Of a DNA stretch of 55,764 nt, positions 54,643 through 55,764 are shown piece after piece. The stretch lies in the IMG/VR virus record IMGVR_UViG_3300006927_000008, positions 1 to 55,764 of that record; one strand, given 5' to 3'. The translations under genes and the position numbers were made by a program. A model generated the notes under the pieces. That model did no database searches. It was not told the origin of the DNA and saw nothing but the letters and a program-made list of their open reading frames with translations. This stretch comes from a virus (taxonomy: Duplodnaviria > Caudoviricetes). Each line of letters starts with the position of its first letter. Positions within the stretch are counted from its first letter, which is position 1.

Positions 54643-55367
54643 GATTTTATCACTTCCATTTTTTCGGTGTCTAAAACGAATGACTTGGTTGTAGTTGGGT
54701 ATTCCATGAACAGAGGAAAGCCAGTTCTGTCAACTACGAAATTGTGACTCATCTGCCAAGAGTAAGGAGTCAATACATACTCTGGTCTATCCATAGAACA
54801 GTTAAGTGAAACGATTGGTACATCAAACTTCGCCGCTGCTGTGGATAGTGTATCCAATACACTTCGCCAAGCTGCTGGCTTCCAAGTACCAGGTGGTGAT
54901 CGATGATACTTGCAATGGATGATTAGCTTAGCTCCCTGTGATACCAGATATGCAGCCATACCATCGTCTCGTTCAAGGTCGTAGCATATCCCAATACCTA
55001 TAGGGAATTCATCGATGAATAACATATTCGATGGGTTCATGAATTGCAATCTATCCACCTCGTGTCCAGTGAGGGCTGTCTTCGTAAAGACTCTCGTGTC
55101 CTCATCTTTCTTGAGGAAGAACATTCCGTTGACACCACCTACAAAGGGGATATCAGTAACAGCGCCCACCAAGGCTGGCTTCACTGCCTTCTCTTTTATG
55201 GACTGGAATTTTGGGATGAGGGCAGAGTAAGGTCGAGGATGTGGCCAGCCTGTGGCAGCTCCTTCCGGGAATACATTCAAACCTACATCAGGTCTTATAG
55301 AACTAGCTATTTCTGTGATCGAGAGTTCTGAATCATCTGATCGTGTTGATACAAAGTTGATTAGCAT
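54639..55367 (-). CDS. nitrilase / carbon-nitrogen hydrolase
   Basis: VFPE, K, GIGICYD catalytic triad pattern. Confidence 0.8.
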   Translation of the reverse strand: MLINFVSTRSDDSELSITEIASSIRPDVGLNVFPEGAATGWPHPRPYSALIPKFQSIKEKAVKPALVGAVTDIPFVGGVNGMFFLKKDEDTRVFTKTALTGHEVDRLQFMNPSNMLFIDEFPIGIGICYDLERDDGMAAYLVSQGAKLIIHCKYHRSPPGTWKPAAWRSVLDTLSTAAAKFDVPIVSLNCSMDRPEYVLTPYSWQMSHNFVVDRTGFPLFMEYPTTTKSFVLDTEKMEVIKS

Positions 55368-55566
55368 TCTTCATTTCCTAACACTAAGTTCTGCTGAATT
55401 TTGCCCGGGTCAGGCAGGTGACATGTCAATATCCTATTGAACCATGATGATCTTTTCTTACTATTCACAAACACTACTGGCAACTCATCAGAATAGTGAG
55501 ACAACTCTTCCTTGAGTTGCCCCACCGTTACTGTAGCTGGTGTAGAACGTTTATGTATGAATCTCG

Positions 55567-55689
55567 TCATACACCAACTGCTGCCCTTTCTCTAACCTCA
55601 TCGAAAGTGGATTCGTTCAGAAGATCACCGTTAATGAATACGGTGCGCAAGACGTCATCAGCGCCGAGTACAGAGTCGTCGATGCCCAT
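55567..55689 (-). pseudogene. fragment resembling the C-terminus of nicotinamide phosphoribosyltransferase
   Basis: DDVLRTVFINGDLLNESTFDEVRERA; in-frame TGA just upstream. Confidence 0.4.
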
Positions 55690-55764
55690 AATCTTTCACC
55701 ATATGAATCCTCATATAAAATATGAGGTAACCAATATTCTTTGTCAAGGTTTGTCATAAAAAAC

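Noticed and set aside
1467-55759. The many plus-strand ORFs in the six-frame track (e.g. 1624-2058, 5028-5825, 13793-14332, 18563-19189)
   Set aside because: They are antisense shadows of well-supported minus-strand genes or tRNAs, with no recognisable motifs.
1-55764. Stop-codon reassignment or suppressor tRNAs
   Set aside because: Core genes are full length in the standard code, TAG, TGA and TAA all end genes, and no CTA, TTA or TCA anticodon was found.

Overview
A 55.8-kb segment of a large (jumbo-like) tailed dsDNA bacteriophage. Nearly all real genes lie on the minus strand and read in the standard genetic code. Left to right: (1) 0-9.4 kb, small accessory and membrane genes, an outer-membrane beta-barrel-like protein, RtcB RNA ligase, ATP-dependent DNA ligase, a cytidylyltransferase-like protein, a metallophosphoesterase and a Mesh1/SpoT-like HD hydrolase. 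(2) 9.4-19.6 kb, a tRNA array of about 38 tRNA genes read by eye, with anticodons for all 20 amino acids. It is interleaved with short ORFs (Pth2, an ArfA-like peptide, an HNH nuclease) and about ten tRNA-like or otherwise structured RNAs. (3) 25-45 kb, a replication and nucleotide module: tandem divergent ThyX-like genes, DnaE, ThyA-like, NDP-sugar reductase/epimerase, dNMP kinase, dUTPase-like genes, a UDP-galactopyranose-mutase-like flavoprotein, dCMP deaminase, class II RNR, helicase, 5'-3' exonuclease, RecA and gp32-like SSB. (4) 45-55.8 kb, a protein with a FliM-like N-terminal peptide, a coiled-coil gene followed by an AAG-repeat structured RNA, ClpP, radical SAM, holin-like, NUDIX, a ligase-fold/nucleotidyltransferase fusion, glycosyltransferase and nitrilase. 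The most striking signal is at the head of the tRNA array: a 41-codon leader ORF using all 20 amino acids and 34 different codons, whose last codons can form an antiterminator against the intrinsic terminator that follows. This looks like a pan-tRNA-sensing transcription attenuator. All calls come from manual reading and motif recognition; no searches or folding programs were run, and RNA boundaries may be off by a few bases.
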